This document shows, piece after piece, positions 7,373 through 15,617 of a stretch of 16,141 nt of DNA. How positions within the stretch are numbered: the first letter of the stretch is position 1; each line of letters starts with the position of its first letter. The stretch is taken from contig JBBCAV010000313.1 of assembly GCA_051382305.1 (NCBI GenBank), positions 1 to 16,141 on the forward strand. The letters run 5' to 3'. Origin of the DNA: Bdellovibrionota bacterium FG-2. GTDB taxonomy: Bacteria > Bdellovibrionota > UBA1018. The notes beneath the pieces are model-generated. The model searched no databases and was not told the origin of the DNA. It saw nothing but the letters and a program-made list of their open reading frames with translations. The position numbers and the translations under genes are program-made.

Positions 7373-8029
7373 TTATTGATGCTTCATTTTAATCTGAAGC
7401 ATCTTGAGATATTCCTGAGACACCTTTAATTTCGCAGCCGGTTCGTCTTTACAGAGTTTTTCAAGTTTAACTGCATTGAGGTCTTTCATAAAATCTTCTT
7501 TATCGACTAAACAGGTGAGTCCATTCTTTTCGTTTCTGCCTTCTTCTATGGGTGTAAATAGAAACTGATTCCATAAATTTGAAAAGGTCCCATCTGGGTT
7601 TTTGTCATCAGCACCAAGAAACAGGCGATGATCCTCTTTTGACCACTCCCTCAACGTAAATACGATTTCACGACTCACTGGTTCGACAGGCTTATTTAGT
7701 GTGTCGGTCATCAGCCCACATGAAAGCATGTCCCAACCCTTAAAGCTCACCTTGAACTTACGTGAAACTGGAGATTGTGCTCTACCGGGTAGCTCTGAAA
7801 TTTTTAGATCAGAAATGATCGCCCAACTCTTTGTTGCAAGATTTCCTAAACCGGGGACATTGGCCCAACCCAGCTTTTTGAACGCCTCCTGATCACAGTG
7901 TCTTTGCGCTGAAATGACGTCTTGCAGAGATGGGACTTCCTGGGCGAATGAACTCCCTATAAATAATGCAATCCCCATGAATACCCAGGATGCTGTACTT
8001 GAGTTAAAAGTTACTCTGAGTCGGCCCAT
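7373..8029 (-). CDS. Hypothetical exported protein (possible partner/immunity of the NlpC/P60 protein)
   Basis: Signal-peptide-like segment WVFMGIALFIGSSFA|QE, four Cys residues, and overlap with the end of the upstream gene. The start is uncertain (8044 or 8029). Confidence 0.6.
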   Translation of the reverse strand: MGRLRVTFNSSTASWVFMGIALFIGSSFAQEVPSLQDVISAQRHCDQEAFKKLGWANVPGLGNLATKSWAIISDLKISELPGRAQSPVSRKFKVSFKGWDMLSCGLMTDTLNKPVEPVSREIVFTLREWSKEDHRLFLGADDKNPDGTFSNLWNQFLFTPIEEGRNEKNGLTCLVDKEDFMKDLNAVKLEKLCKDEPAAKLKVSQEYLKMLQIKMKHQ

Positions 8030-9144
8030 TGATAAAACCTCCATTTATTGCCAAATAGCTTTGCTTTCAATTCAATTACAGAACTTTTAAAATCTGGATC
8101 ATCCGGGGGAAGCTCAGCAAAACCCTTGCGGGTTGTTGCGCTTATCTCTAGCGGATTTCCTGCGTCGTCCGTGCCGGTATAGATGCCTATGTGATTACTC
8201 GTGGTTGTGTGATCATCTGCCTTCAAATGAACGATCAAATCCCCTGCCTTCGCTTGTTCGAGCGAAATTTCTCGAAATTTGTCACTGGCAGCCAGTTCCG
8301 CGACGGTCATATTTTTGGAATCAATCCCTGCCGTTTGATATTGATAATAGACGAGACCACTGCAGTCGAAACTAGAGGGGCCAAGTCGTTCATCCTGTGA
8401 GTATCGAATCTTTGTGCCCGGATCGGTCATGCTTCGCAATGATGCGACAATCGCAGTCCGTATCGCCGAAGTTAATCGGATAACTTTTTTGATCTCTGCC
8501 TTTAGTTCAGACCACAGATATTTGAAAACGCGTACAGTGATCGGAATTTCAGAGGAAAGCGCTTCCGCCATGGCCCTGATTTGCGCGAGGCCAAACTCAG
8601 GCGTATTTTCGGGGCGACAATAGATCCGCGATTCTTGCGGACCCACAATTACTCCCACAGTTTGATCAATGATTGTGCCAACAGCCATTTCCCCAAATGC
8701 GGGGCCAGTAAAGGAGACTAAATAGTGATCTCCGTTTGGCGTGGGAATTGAGGCGGCACTGCAACCGTTAAAATTAAAAGAAAGCTGGCTAGCGGAGCCG
8801 CTAATTGATTCGTTACTAGGTGTCAAATCCTGAAATCGAATGCGAAATGAGTAAGAACCAGAGGGGACGTCTTGGATCCATATCACGGGCCATTCCCATG
8901 TTTCACCAAGGCGAAGTTGGTCAAGAGTCTGAAGGCCCGAATAGACCGGCTTGTTATCGACCCAGAGATTGAGTTTTCCAACCATGAAATCAGCTCGAAA
9001 GAAGATGCTTCCGGCAAATGAAGTCGTCTCAGCCATAAAGGCGAGTGTGACAAGCACAAATAGAGACCGGGCAAATCCAATAAAATTGGCATCAAAGCGG
9101 CTCATGACTCGGGCGGTCATACCACCGCCCGGCAGGGGTTTCAA
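8011..9144 (-). CDS. Exported protein with C-terminal NlpC/P60 (C40) cysteine peptidase domain
   Basis: YSQ..RLGPSSFDCSGLVYY catalytic Cys, AGDLIV, NHIGIYTG catalytic His. There is an N-terminal hydrophobic signal and a beta-rich domain. The true start may be a later ATG (9120 or 9104). Confidence 0.85.
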   Translation of the reverse strand: MKPLPGGGMTARVMSRFDANFIGFARSLFVLVTLAFMAETTSFAGSIFFRADFMVGKLNLWVDNKPVYSGLQTLDQLRLGETWEWPVIWIQDVPSGSYSFRIRFQDLTPSNESISGSASQLSFNFNGCSAASIPTPNGDHYLVSFTGPAFGEMAVGTIIDQTVGVIVGPQESRIYCRPENTPEFGLAQIRAMAEALSSEIPITVRVFKYLWSELKAEIKKVIRLTSAIRTAIVASLRSMTDPGTKIRYSQDERLGPSSFDCSGLVYYQYQTAGIDSKNMTVAELAASDKFREISLEQAKAGDLIVHLKADDHTTTSNHIGIYTGTDDAGNPLEISATTRKGFAELPPDDPDFKSSVIELKAKLFGNKWRFYQWADSE

Positions 9145-9165
9145 TGCCCCTATATTGTGCTATAA

Positions 9166-9193
9166 TTGACATTTACGTTATTTATGGTATATT
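9166..9193 (+). promoter_or_regulatory. Putative sigma70 promoter for the 9248/9643 pair
   Basis: TTGACA (9166-9171), 16 bp, then TATATT (9188-9193) preceded by a TGn extended -10 element, in an AT-rich divergent intergenic region. Confidence 0.55.
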
Positions 9194-9247
9194 TGATATT
9201 AAGGGCATGTCGAACTGATGTTGCATGCCATATGAAGGGAAGGACCG

Positions 9248-9646
9248 TTGGAGATCGTAATCACAGAATGGGCATTAGATTCGTATTTAGATCTAAATGG
9301 CCGCCCTGCTTTTACGAGCACGGAATACTGGCAGGTGATTCGTCCAGACGTGCTTCGCTTGAAAACATACCCATTGGATACCAAGTTCGGGAATGGCAAG
9401 TTTTGGTCCCCCGCACAGGATGGAACCGGGAACCTGATTAAGGACGGTCACAAAATGAAATGGCACCAGATGGGTAGCGGCAAAGTTCAAATACGGCTAC
9501 CGGTCGCAATGTTGGCAGAGGCGCTCCTTTGCGAAGCCTACGTTAAGGAAAACGAGAAGCAGGAAAAACGCCGTCTAGCTCGATTTAAGGTCCATATGCA
9601 GTTGATTAAGATGGGTCGATTTACAGAACGAGGGAGGCTTTTATGA
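9248..9646 (+). CDS. Putative RelE/HigB-like toxin
   Basis: TTG start after GGAAGGA. MEIVITEWALDSY at the N-terminus and QIRLPV...LLCEAYVK at the C-terminus fit RelE topology. It is coupled to a downstream HTH gene in HigBA order. Confidence 0.55.
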   Translation: MEIVITEWALDSYLDLNGRPAFTSTEYWQVIRPDVLRLKTYPLDTKFGNGKFWSPAQDGTGNLIKDGHKMKWHQMGSGKVQIRLPVAMLAEALLCEAYVKENEKQEKRRLARFKVHMQLIKMGRFTERGRLL

Positions 9647-10134
9647 GAGCGCCAGTTATAGCTCCAAATTTACAGGTTGAACTTTTCGAAATTGGATCCC
9701 AGATGAAACAGGCCCATTTGCCCGCAGCGTTCATTTCGGATGCGGTCCTCACCGCGATTGAGTTTGAGGGGGTCTACGATTTAATGAAAATGTGGACCAG
9801 CGAAACCGATGAGACTGACCGAAACGAAATCGTGGCTGACATTCAAGACATGATCGATGATTGCACTCAAAATGAAAAGTTGGATGGGCCTTATGTCAAA
9901 TTCAACGACCTCGACGGTATTCGTAAGAACATTCGCGCATTCAAAGACGGTTTACTTCAGATCGTTCTCCAACAGGGTGGCTTAAAGAAACTTTCGGAGT
10001 TGACCAAGATCCCGCAGCCATCGTTGTCTCGATTCTTCAGCTCAACCTCAATGCCAAGACGGTCCACGCTCATGAAGGTCGCCAAAGCTTTACGCCTCGA
10101 TGCCATTCAACTTGCAACCGAATGGTCCCGGTGA
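9643..10134 (+). CDS. XRE/Cro-C1 HTH protein, putative antitoxin
   Basis: C-terminal GGLKKLSELTKIPQPSLSRFFSSTSMPRRSTLMKVAKAL is an XRE HTH, preceded by an acidic N-terminal domain. Confidence 0.8.
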   Translation: MRAPVIAPNLQVELFEIGSQMKQAHLPAAFISDAVLTAIEFEGVYDLMKMWTSETDETDRNEIVADIQDMIDDCTQNEKLDGPYVKFNDLDGIRKNIRAFKDGLLQIVLQQGGLKKLSELTKIPQPSLSRFFSSTSMPRRSTLMKVAKALRLDAIQLATEWSR

Positions 10135-10477
10135 ACGAACGGATAAGAGAATCATAGCGCCAGGCAAAGCTTGGATAAGGAGGATTGATTGGATACATCA
10201 TGAAACTTTATATTTTGTCCCAGCTGGTGTGAGTCCAGCCTGATCAAAGCCTAGCAGGCAGGTCAGTAGCGAGTCTTGCTGGGTGCCGAGTAATCGTCAC
10301 TCTGAAGCGTAGACAGCGAGAGCGCGGGTTGTGAGGGTTCAGCTCCGAAATCTATGACATCGTGGAAGCCAACGTCTTTGTTTCGACGGAAAGCAGTAAC
10401 CGATACTCCCGATATCGCGAGGGGGTGGAGGAAGACCGGAGTTTCGGAAGATTTCAAGGAAGATGTCGCATCGTTTT

Positions 10478-11557
10478 TCAAGCGGCTTGATTTCTTAACT
10501 TTTCAATTTCCTTTTTTGTCTCCTTTCCGGGGTTGAGACGGACTTCTTCGATCATGGACCAATCTCTCGTTTTGCCTGACCACCGACTCGGATTTGCGAG
10601 CTTTGCCTTTTCGTAAACGGCGTGTCGGTTATTCAATATTGCGACATCTTTGCCTTCGTGGCGTGACTGTGGAGTCACAAACCGGATGCCACTGTGCAAG
10701 TGCTCGGTGTTGTACCAGGTTACAAATTTTTCTACCCAAGTTCGTGCTTCTTCCAGACTTGCAAAAACCCCATCCGGATATGATGGGCGATACTTCAACG
10801 TTTTGAATAATGATTCCGAAAAGGCATTGTCATTGGAAACTGAGGGTCGGCTAAATGACGGAGCAACGTGTAGCTTTTGCAGTGTCGCGAGCATTGTGGC
10901 CCCCTTCATGGGGCCGCCATTGTCTGAATGCAACGTCAGTTGATCCTCAGTAACCCCCTGTTCTTGGCAAGCCCTTGCGATGAGCTTTGCCGAGTGCTCA
11001 GCGGACTCTACCTCCTCAACGGCCCAACCCACAATGTAACGGCTGTAAACGTCCATCACGAGGTACAGATAATAGAACGAACCCCTGATTGCGAACCTCA
11101 AATACGTGATGTCCCAGCACCACACGATATTCGGACTCGCCGCGATCAAATCTTTCGGTCGCTGTCTCTCGCGAGGCTTGCTCTTAGATCGATGACTCAG
11201 AAGATTCTCACCCTTTAAAACACGATAAAAGCTGCTTTCTGATGCCAAATACACCCCAGAATCAGCCAGTTTTGCTACTATTTTCCACGGGCAAAGGTCC
11301 TGATAGAGTGGAGAGTTTGAGATCTCGATGATCATTTTTTTTTCCGCCTCTGTCAGGCTGTGTGGTGGCGACGTCAGAGGCCCCTCTCGCATGTCTCCCT
11401 GTTCTGGATTTTTCTCCCAGCGTTCCAGCGTCCTCAGGCTGAGTCCCAGAAGGTGGCAAGAGACTGCGCGGCCCGCTCCATTATCTTCTGCCTCGCGAAC
11501 GAGTTCCATACACTGCTTTCGATCCTCAATCGTCACTCGTTCTCCCCGGTTCCCCAA
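10478..11557 (-). CDS. IS3-family transposase OrfB (DDE/rve integrase core), probably expressed as an OrfAB fusion
   Basis: WCWDITYL, DVYSRYIVGW, LHSDNGGPM, DNAFSESLFKTLK and WYNTEHLHSGI. Confidence 0.95.
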   Translation of the reverse strand: MGNRGERVTIEDRKQCMELVREAEDNGAGRAVSCHLLGLSLRTLERWEKNPEQGDMREGPLTSPPHSLTEAEKKMIIEISNSPLYQDLCPWKIVAKLADSGVYLASESSFYRVLKGENLLSHRSKSKPRERQRPKDLIAASPNIVWCWDITYLRFAIRGSFYYLYLVMDVYSRYIVGWAVEEVESAEHSAKLIARACQEQGVTEDQLTLHSDNGGPMKGATMLATLQKLHVAPSFSRPSVSNDNAFSESLFKTLKYRPSYPDGVFASLEEARTWVEKFVTWYNTEHLHSGIRFVTPQSRHEGKDVAILNNRHAVYEKAKLANPSRWSGKTRDWSMIEEVRLNPGKETKKEIEKLRNQAA

Positions 11558-12030
11558 AGTAAGTTCGCTTTTTTTTTGAGTACCAAAAGTGCTGCTGTCT
11601 CAGCTAATGCTTTGTCCTTGCGGTTAAGGTCGCGCTCAAGTTCTCTTATCTTTTTCTTATCTTCAGATCGCTCAGCACGCTCTTGCGCTGTGAGTTTTTT
11701 CTCGACCTCGAGGCCCGCCGTCATACTCTTCTTCCATGCCACCACATGGTCCGAATGAAGCCCTTCACGACGAAGAAACTCCCCTCGCTGATCCTCTGAA
11801 AGCCCCTCATAGGCAATTACAGCATTCAACTTTTCGGTGGCACTCCAATCCTGGGGACGTCGCTCTGTTTTCTTCATGTTTACGACTGTACCATAACGTC
11901 TCAGCCACTTATAAACCGATGGAGAAGGAACCCCCATCTCTTCGCAAATCAACTCAACTGACCTTGAGCCGCGTGAAAGAATCTTTTGAACTGCTGACTT
12001 TTTGAACTCTTCTGAATAGGTCTGACGCAT
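11533..12030 (-). CDS. IS3-family transposase OrfA
   Basis: YSEEFKKSAV...SVYKW HTH and a coiled-coil ending LVLKKKA. Confidence 0.92.
   Translation of the reverse strand: MRQTYSEEFKKSAVQKILSRGSRSVELICEEMGVPSPSVYKWLRRYGTVVNMKKTERRPQDWSATEKLNAVIAYEGLSEDQRGEFLRREGLHSDHVVAWKKSMTAGLEVEKKLTAQERAERSEDKKKIRELERDLNRKDKALAETAALLVLKKKANLLWGTGENE
11568..11577 (-). promoter_or_regulatory. -1 programmed frameshift slippery site (A9G) near the OrfA/OrfB overlap
   Basis: Minus strand CTC-AAAAAAAAA-G near the end of orfA, the canonical IS3 location. Confidence 0.8.
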
Positions 12031-12334
12031 TTTCGATGTCCTTTTGCCCCGTTGTTCTTAACAATCTCGGTGCGACATCTTCTCTGCCATAGGGGGGTTT
12101 TAGCCAACGGCAAGTTCTCAAAGGGGATGACCAGGAACCTGGGAAGCCCAATCATTCTGGTTGCGAAAACATGCCACGGGCTTGCCCGGGAAGGCACGTC
12201 AGGCAGTAGGGGGAAGCAAGGGAAACCGTAGCCCCTCCGACGATGAATGGGTCTCTTACGAATCCATAGTATCGATGAAGCTGGGACACCGAATCTGAAA
12301 TGACCGGGACCCAGTGGAGAGAAGGGATGAACAA

Positions 12335-13139
12335 ATGAACGAAACGAATGGGAGAAACAGGGGCGGTGCGCAGACGCCAGAATCCCTGTCAACGAAACTC
12401 AATCGTCTAACTGAAACGGCGAGAAAAGATCCCGAGTTTCAGTTCCGAAACATAGCGCACCTGATCTCAGTAGAAATGCTGATCTGGTCGTTCCAACAGC
12501 TTCGCATGAGTGCAGCAGCTGGTGTGGACGGGGTCACGGCTAAAGATTACGAAAAGAATCTTCGAGCCAACATCGCGAATCTGCATCAACAGCTTGTGGA
12601 AGGACGCTACCGCGCCCAACCTCTGCGGAGGGTGTATATCGAAAAAGAAGACGGCAAGAAAAGACCTCTTTCGATTCCGGCGTTAGACGACAAGATCGTC
12701 CAGCGTGCAGCAACCGAGTTGCTGAGCAGAATCTATGAGAATGACTTTCTGCCCTCATCCTACGGGTATCGCCCTAATCGCAGCGCCCATGATGCCTTGG
12801 ACGCGATCCGAGCAAACATCACACTGGGAAAGGCAAACTATGTGCTGGATGCGGATATCAGCGACTACTTCGGCAGCATTGTCCGAAGCCAGTTAATGAC
12901 GATGCTCCAGAAAAGGATCGTGGACAAACACCTGCTGGCACTAATTGGGAAATGGCTAAACGTGGGGGTCATCGAAGACGGGCGACTGCTCATGTCTGAG
13001 AATGGAACCTACCAAGGCTCAGTCATCAGTCCTGTGCTAGCGAATCTCTACCTGCACGAGGTACTCGATCTTTGGTTTGAAAAGGAAGTAAGGCCGCGAA
13101 TGAGAGGAGAGGCGCTGCTTTATCGCTACGCTGATGACC
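12335..13139 (+). CDS. ltrA: Outer-intron RT/maturase, exon 1 (RT domains 0-5 up to YADD)
   Basis: AAGVDGVT, YRAQPLRRVYIEK, RPLSIPALDDKIVQ, SYGYRPNRSAHDAL, DADISDYF, GTYQGSVISPVLANLYLH, YRYADD. The start is uncertain (GTG 12314 or ATG 12335). Confidence 0.9.
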
Positions 13140-15039
13140 GTGCGTCACGAAACGCTGTGGAGGTAGCTTAAAATGTAAGTGCAATTATGTTGAAGCAACC
13201 GAAACAGCGGTGCTGTGTGCAAAATGAGGGTAGGCCCCTCGGAACCGCCTTGCAGGAGGAGGTTTCAAACCACCGTAAGCTGCATTGGTCAAAAGCCTTT
13301 GTGGTGAGCGTTACGGGAAAAGGTGCAGAACAACTGCATCAGGTGAGAGTCAGAGAGACGAACGAAAGTAAACCACTGAATACATGATCGAAAGCGTAGT
13401 AAAGACATCAAAACCGAGGGGGTGTCGTTAACTCGGGATCAGTTTGGAGAGAGCCTGATGATTGTCCAAGCGGTGTCCGGCATTGAGGTGGCGTGAAGCT
13501 GATTCAGGTTTGTGCATGGAACGTGAGAACCTAGAGTTTTGATGAAAAGGGAGAAATCCAAGCGGAAGACCCGTTAGGATCTGAGTACCGATGCAAAACT
13601 CAGGGACGGATTGGCCCGTAGTAGTGATGAAGTTCCCGTAATGGGAATGGAGCGAAGGGGTCGAATCATTCCGTTTTATTGATCTGTCAACCCAAGCAAT
13701 TGGGGAGGAGCTTATGGATAAAACAAAACCATATTGTATTTCAAAACAGCTGGTAATGGATGCTTTTGCCCGAGTGAAAGCCAACCGGGGAGCTGCAGGA
13801 ATCGATGATGTGACGATCGAGGAGTTTGAGAAGGATTTGAAAAACAATCTTTACAAGATCTGGAATCGGCTCTCGTCGGGGACCTACTTCCCTCCGGCTG
13901 TGAAAGCAGTGGCCATACCGAAAAGCAATGGAGGAACCAGAATACTGGGAATTCCGACAGTGCCGGATCGGGTGGCACAGACAGTGATCAAGATGCAGCT
14001 GGAGCCCTTGGTGGAGCCCAAATTCCACCCAGACTCTTACGGGTATCGGCCAGGAAAATCTGCACTGGGTGCAGTGGGAATGGCCAGAGAAAGGTGCTGG
14101 AGATATGACTGGGTCATTGACTACGATATCAAGGGATTCTTTGATAACTTAGATCACGAGCTAGTTCTGAAGGCAGTGAGACATCACACGGACTCAAAGT
14201 GGATTCATCTCTACGTGGAAAGGTGGCTAAAAGCCCCGCTCCAGAAGGAAGATGGAAGCGCGGTCCCAAGGGACCGAGGCACCCCACAAGGAGGCGTGAT
14301 CAGTCCGCTGCTTGCAAATATTTTCATGCACCATACTTTTGATGACTGGATGAAGCGTTGCTTTCCAAGTGTTCCATTCGAGAGATATGCAGATGATGGA
14401 CTTGTACACTGCACATCGTATGAGCAAGCGCAAAAGATCTTGGAGGCGATGAAGAAAAGACTGCAGGAATGTGGACTTGAAATTCATCCTGACAAGACAC
14501 GAATTGTGTATTGCAAAGACGTTGATCGTAGGAAGGCTCATGAAAATGAGAAGTTCGATTTCCTAGGTTTTACGTTTAGACCCAGGCTATCGAAGAACAA
14601 GAGGGGCAAACACTTTGTGAATTTTACGCCCGCCATCAGTCAAAAAGCAGCCAAAGCGATCCGTGAAGAGATCCGAAAGTGGAAAATCCATAATCGGAGC
14701 GATAAACAGATCAATGACCTTGCCAGAATGTTCAATGCACAGGTGCAGGGCTGGATCAATTATTATGGGGCCTACTATAAGTCAGCCCTATACCCGATCT
14801 TGCGGGAAATTGAGACAGATCTGATTCTCTGGGCAAAGAGGAAATACAAGAGATTTAAGGGCCATCATACTAAGGCGATCCATTGGTTGGGACGAATTGC
14901 GCGTCGCGAGCCAAGGCTATTTGCTCATTGGCGTCTTGGTCTCACATCTCCGGTTGGAAAGATGGGAGCCGTATGAGTCGAGAGGCTCAAGTACGGTTCT
15001 ATGAGAGCGGAGGGGTGAGATCCCCCTCCGCCACTCGCC
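13140..15039 (+). mobile_element. Inner group II intron (bacterial class D-like), 1,900 nt, apparently intact
   Basis: Begins GTGCG at 13140. Canonical D5 GAGCCGTATGAGTCGAGAGGCTCAAGTACGGTTC (14966-14999), and D6 ending CCACTCGCC. Excision restores the host frame GAT GAC C|TA ATC (YADD-LIATF). Confidence 0.93.
13714..14976 (+). CDS. ltrA: Inner-intron RT/maturase (no endonuclease domain)
   Basis: 420 aa with RILGIPTVPDRVAQ, GTPQGGVISPLLANIF, RYADD, FDFLGF and domain X (GWINYYG). RBS GGAGGAG. Confidence 0.96.
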   Translation: MDKTKPYCISKQLVMDAFARVKANRGAAGIDDVTIEEFEKDLKNNLYKIWNRLSSGTYFPPAVKAVAIPKSNGGTRILGIPTVPDRVAQTVIKMQLEPLVEPKFHPDSYGYRPGKSALGAVGMARERCWRYDWVIDYDIKGFFDNLDHELVLKAVRHHTDSKWIHLYVERWLKAPLQKEDGSAVPRDRGTPQGGVISPLLANIFMHHTFDDWMKRCFPSVPFERYADDGLVHCTSYEQAQKILEAMKKRLQECGLEIHPDKTRIVYCKDVDRRKAHENEKFDFLGFTFRPRLSKNKRGKHFVNFTPAISQKAAKAIREEIRKWKIHNRSDKQINDLARMFNAQVQGWINYYGAYYKSALYPILREIETDLILWAKRKYKRFKGHHTKAIHWLGRIARREPRLFAHWRLGLTSPVGKMGAV

Positions 15040-15617
15040 TAATCGCGACTTTCCAATTTAAAGAAGATGCAGAGCGCTTTATGCAAGTTCTGATAAAGCG
15101 GTTTGAGAAGTTCGGGCTTAAACTCCATCCGGAGAAAACTAAGCTCATCGAGTTTGGCAGAACGGCATGGACGAAAAGCAAAAAGACCGGCATCAAACCG
15201 CACACGTTCAACTTCCTGGGGCTCACGCATTACTGCGGGACGACCCGAAAAGGAAAGTTTAGCGTGATGGTCAAAACAATAGCAAAGAGGCTGGCGAGGG
15301 GGCTCAAGCGAGTTAGGGATTTGTGCCGAAATCAAAGGAACAAAGACTTGCTCGCGCAATATCAGCGGCTACGATCGGTTTTACACGGCCATTACGCATA
15401 CTACGGACGACGGTCCAACTCCCGAAGCCTAGCCATTTTCTTCGAAGGTGTGAGCAGAATCTGGAAGAAATGGCTAAGCCGAAGAAGTCACAACGGATAC
15501 GTTACGTGGGAACGGATGGAAAAGATCCTCCAACGATATCCTCTGCCCAAGCCAAGAATTGTTCACGGAGCATTAGGAACTCGAAGTCAAATCCCGCTGT
15601 TCGGGGAGTTTGTTTGA
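15040..15617 (+). CDS. ltrA: Outer-intron RT/maturase, exon 2 (RT 6-7 and domain X)
   Basis: FGLKLHPEKTKLIEFGR, TFNFLGLTH and LHGHYAYYG. Joined to 12335-13139 it gives 1,383 nt (460 aa plus stop) in one frame. Confidence 0.9.

Larger units (their letters stand above)
10445..12096 (-). mobile_element. IS3-family insertion sequence (1,652 bp) with 4-bp GTTT target duplication
   Basis: Symmetric imperfect 29-bp ends CGGAAGATTTCAAGGAAGATGTCGCATCG and (reverse complement) CCCCCTATGGCAGAGAAGATGTCGCACCG. GTTT occurs at 10441-10444 and 12097-12100. Removing the element restores a continuous intron-like sequence GACCGGAGTTTTAGCCAACGGCAAG. Confidence 0.85.

Noticed and set aside
10187-10216. Host gene (AAGGAGG then ..MKLYI) interrupted by the outer intron
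   Set aside because: Joining it to the 3' flank gives only a short peptide with no recognisable features, and the 3' flank looks like an IS91-type non-coding end.
11949-12392. 147-aa minus-strand ORF and other short ORFs over the IS and intron RNA (for example 10263-10481, 13428-13847, 15610-15801)
   Set aside because: They span element junctions or structured RNA, or are antisense shadows of real genes, and show no recognisable motifs.
13287-13291. GGTCA as EBS1 of the inner intron (complementary to exon TGACC)
   Set aside because: It gives only 5 bp and lies upstream of the EBS2 candidate, which is the wrong order. The hairpin loop at 13419-13431 fits better.
13140-13387. C-terminal tail RASRNAVEVA of the 285-aa ORF and the 66-aa ORF 13187-13387
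   Set aside because: Both lie within the inner intron's domain I RNA and are incidental.
14883-15039. N-terminal part of the 244-aa ORF as a real protein start
   Set aside because: This is read-through of the inner intron's ORF end and D5/D6. RT similarity begins only at 15040.
12314-15617. Retron, DGR or multi-RT defence system
   Set aside because: Both RTs have group II intron domain 0 and domain X and are followed by D5/D6. I saw no msr/msd or TR/VR pair. The three ORFs are explained by one split and one intact intron RT.
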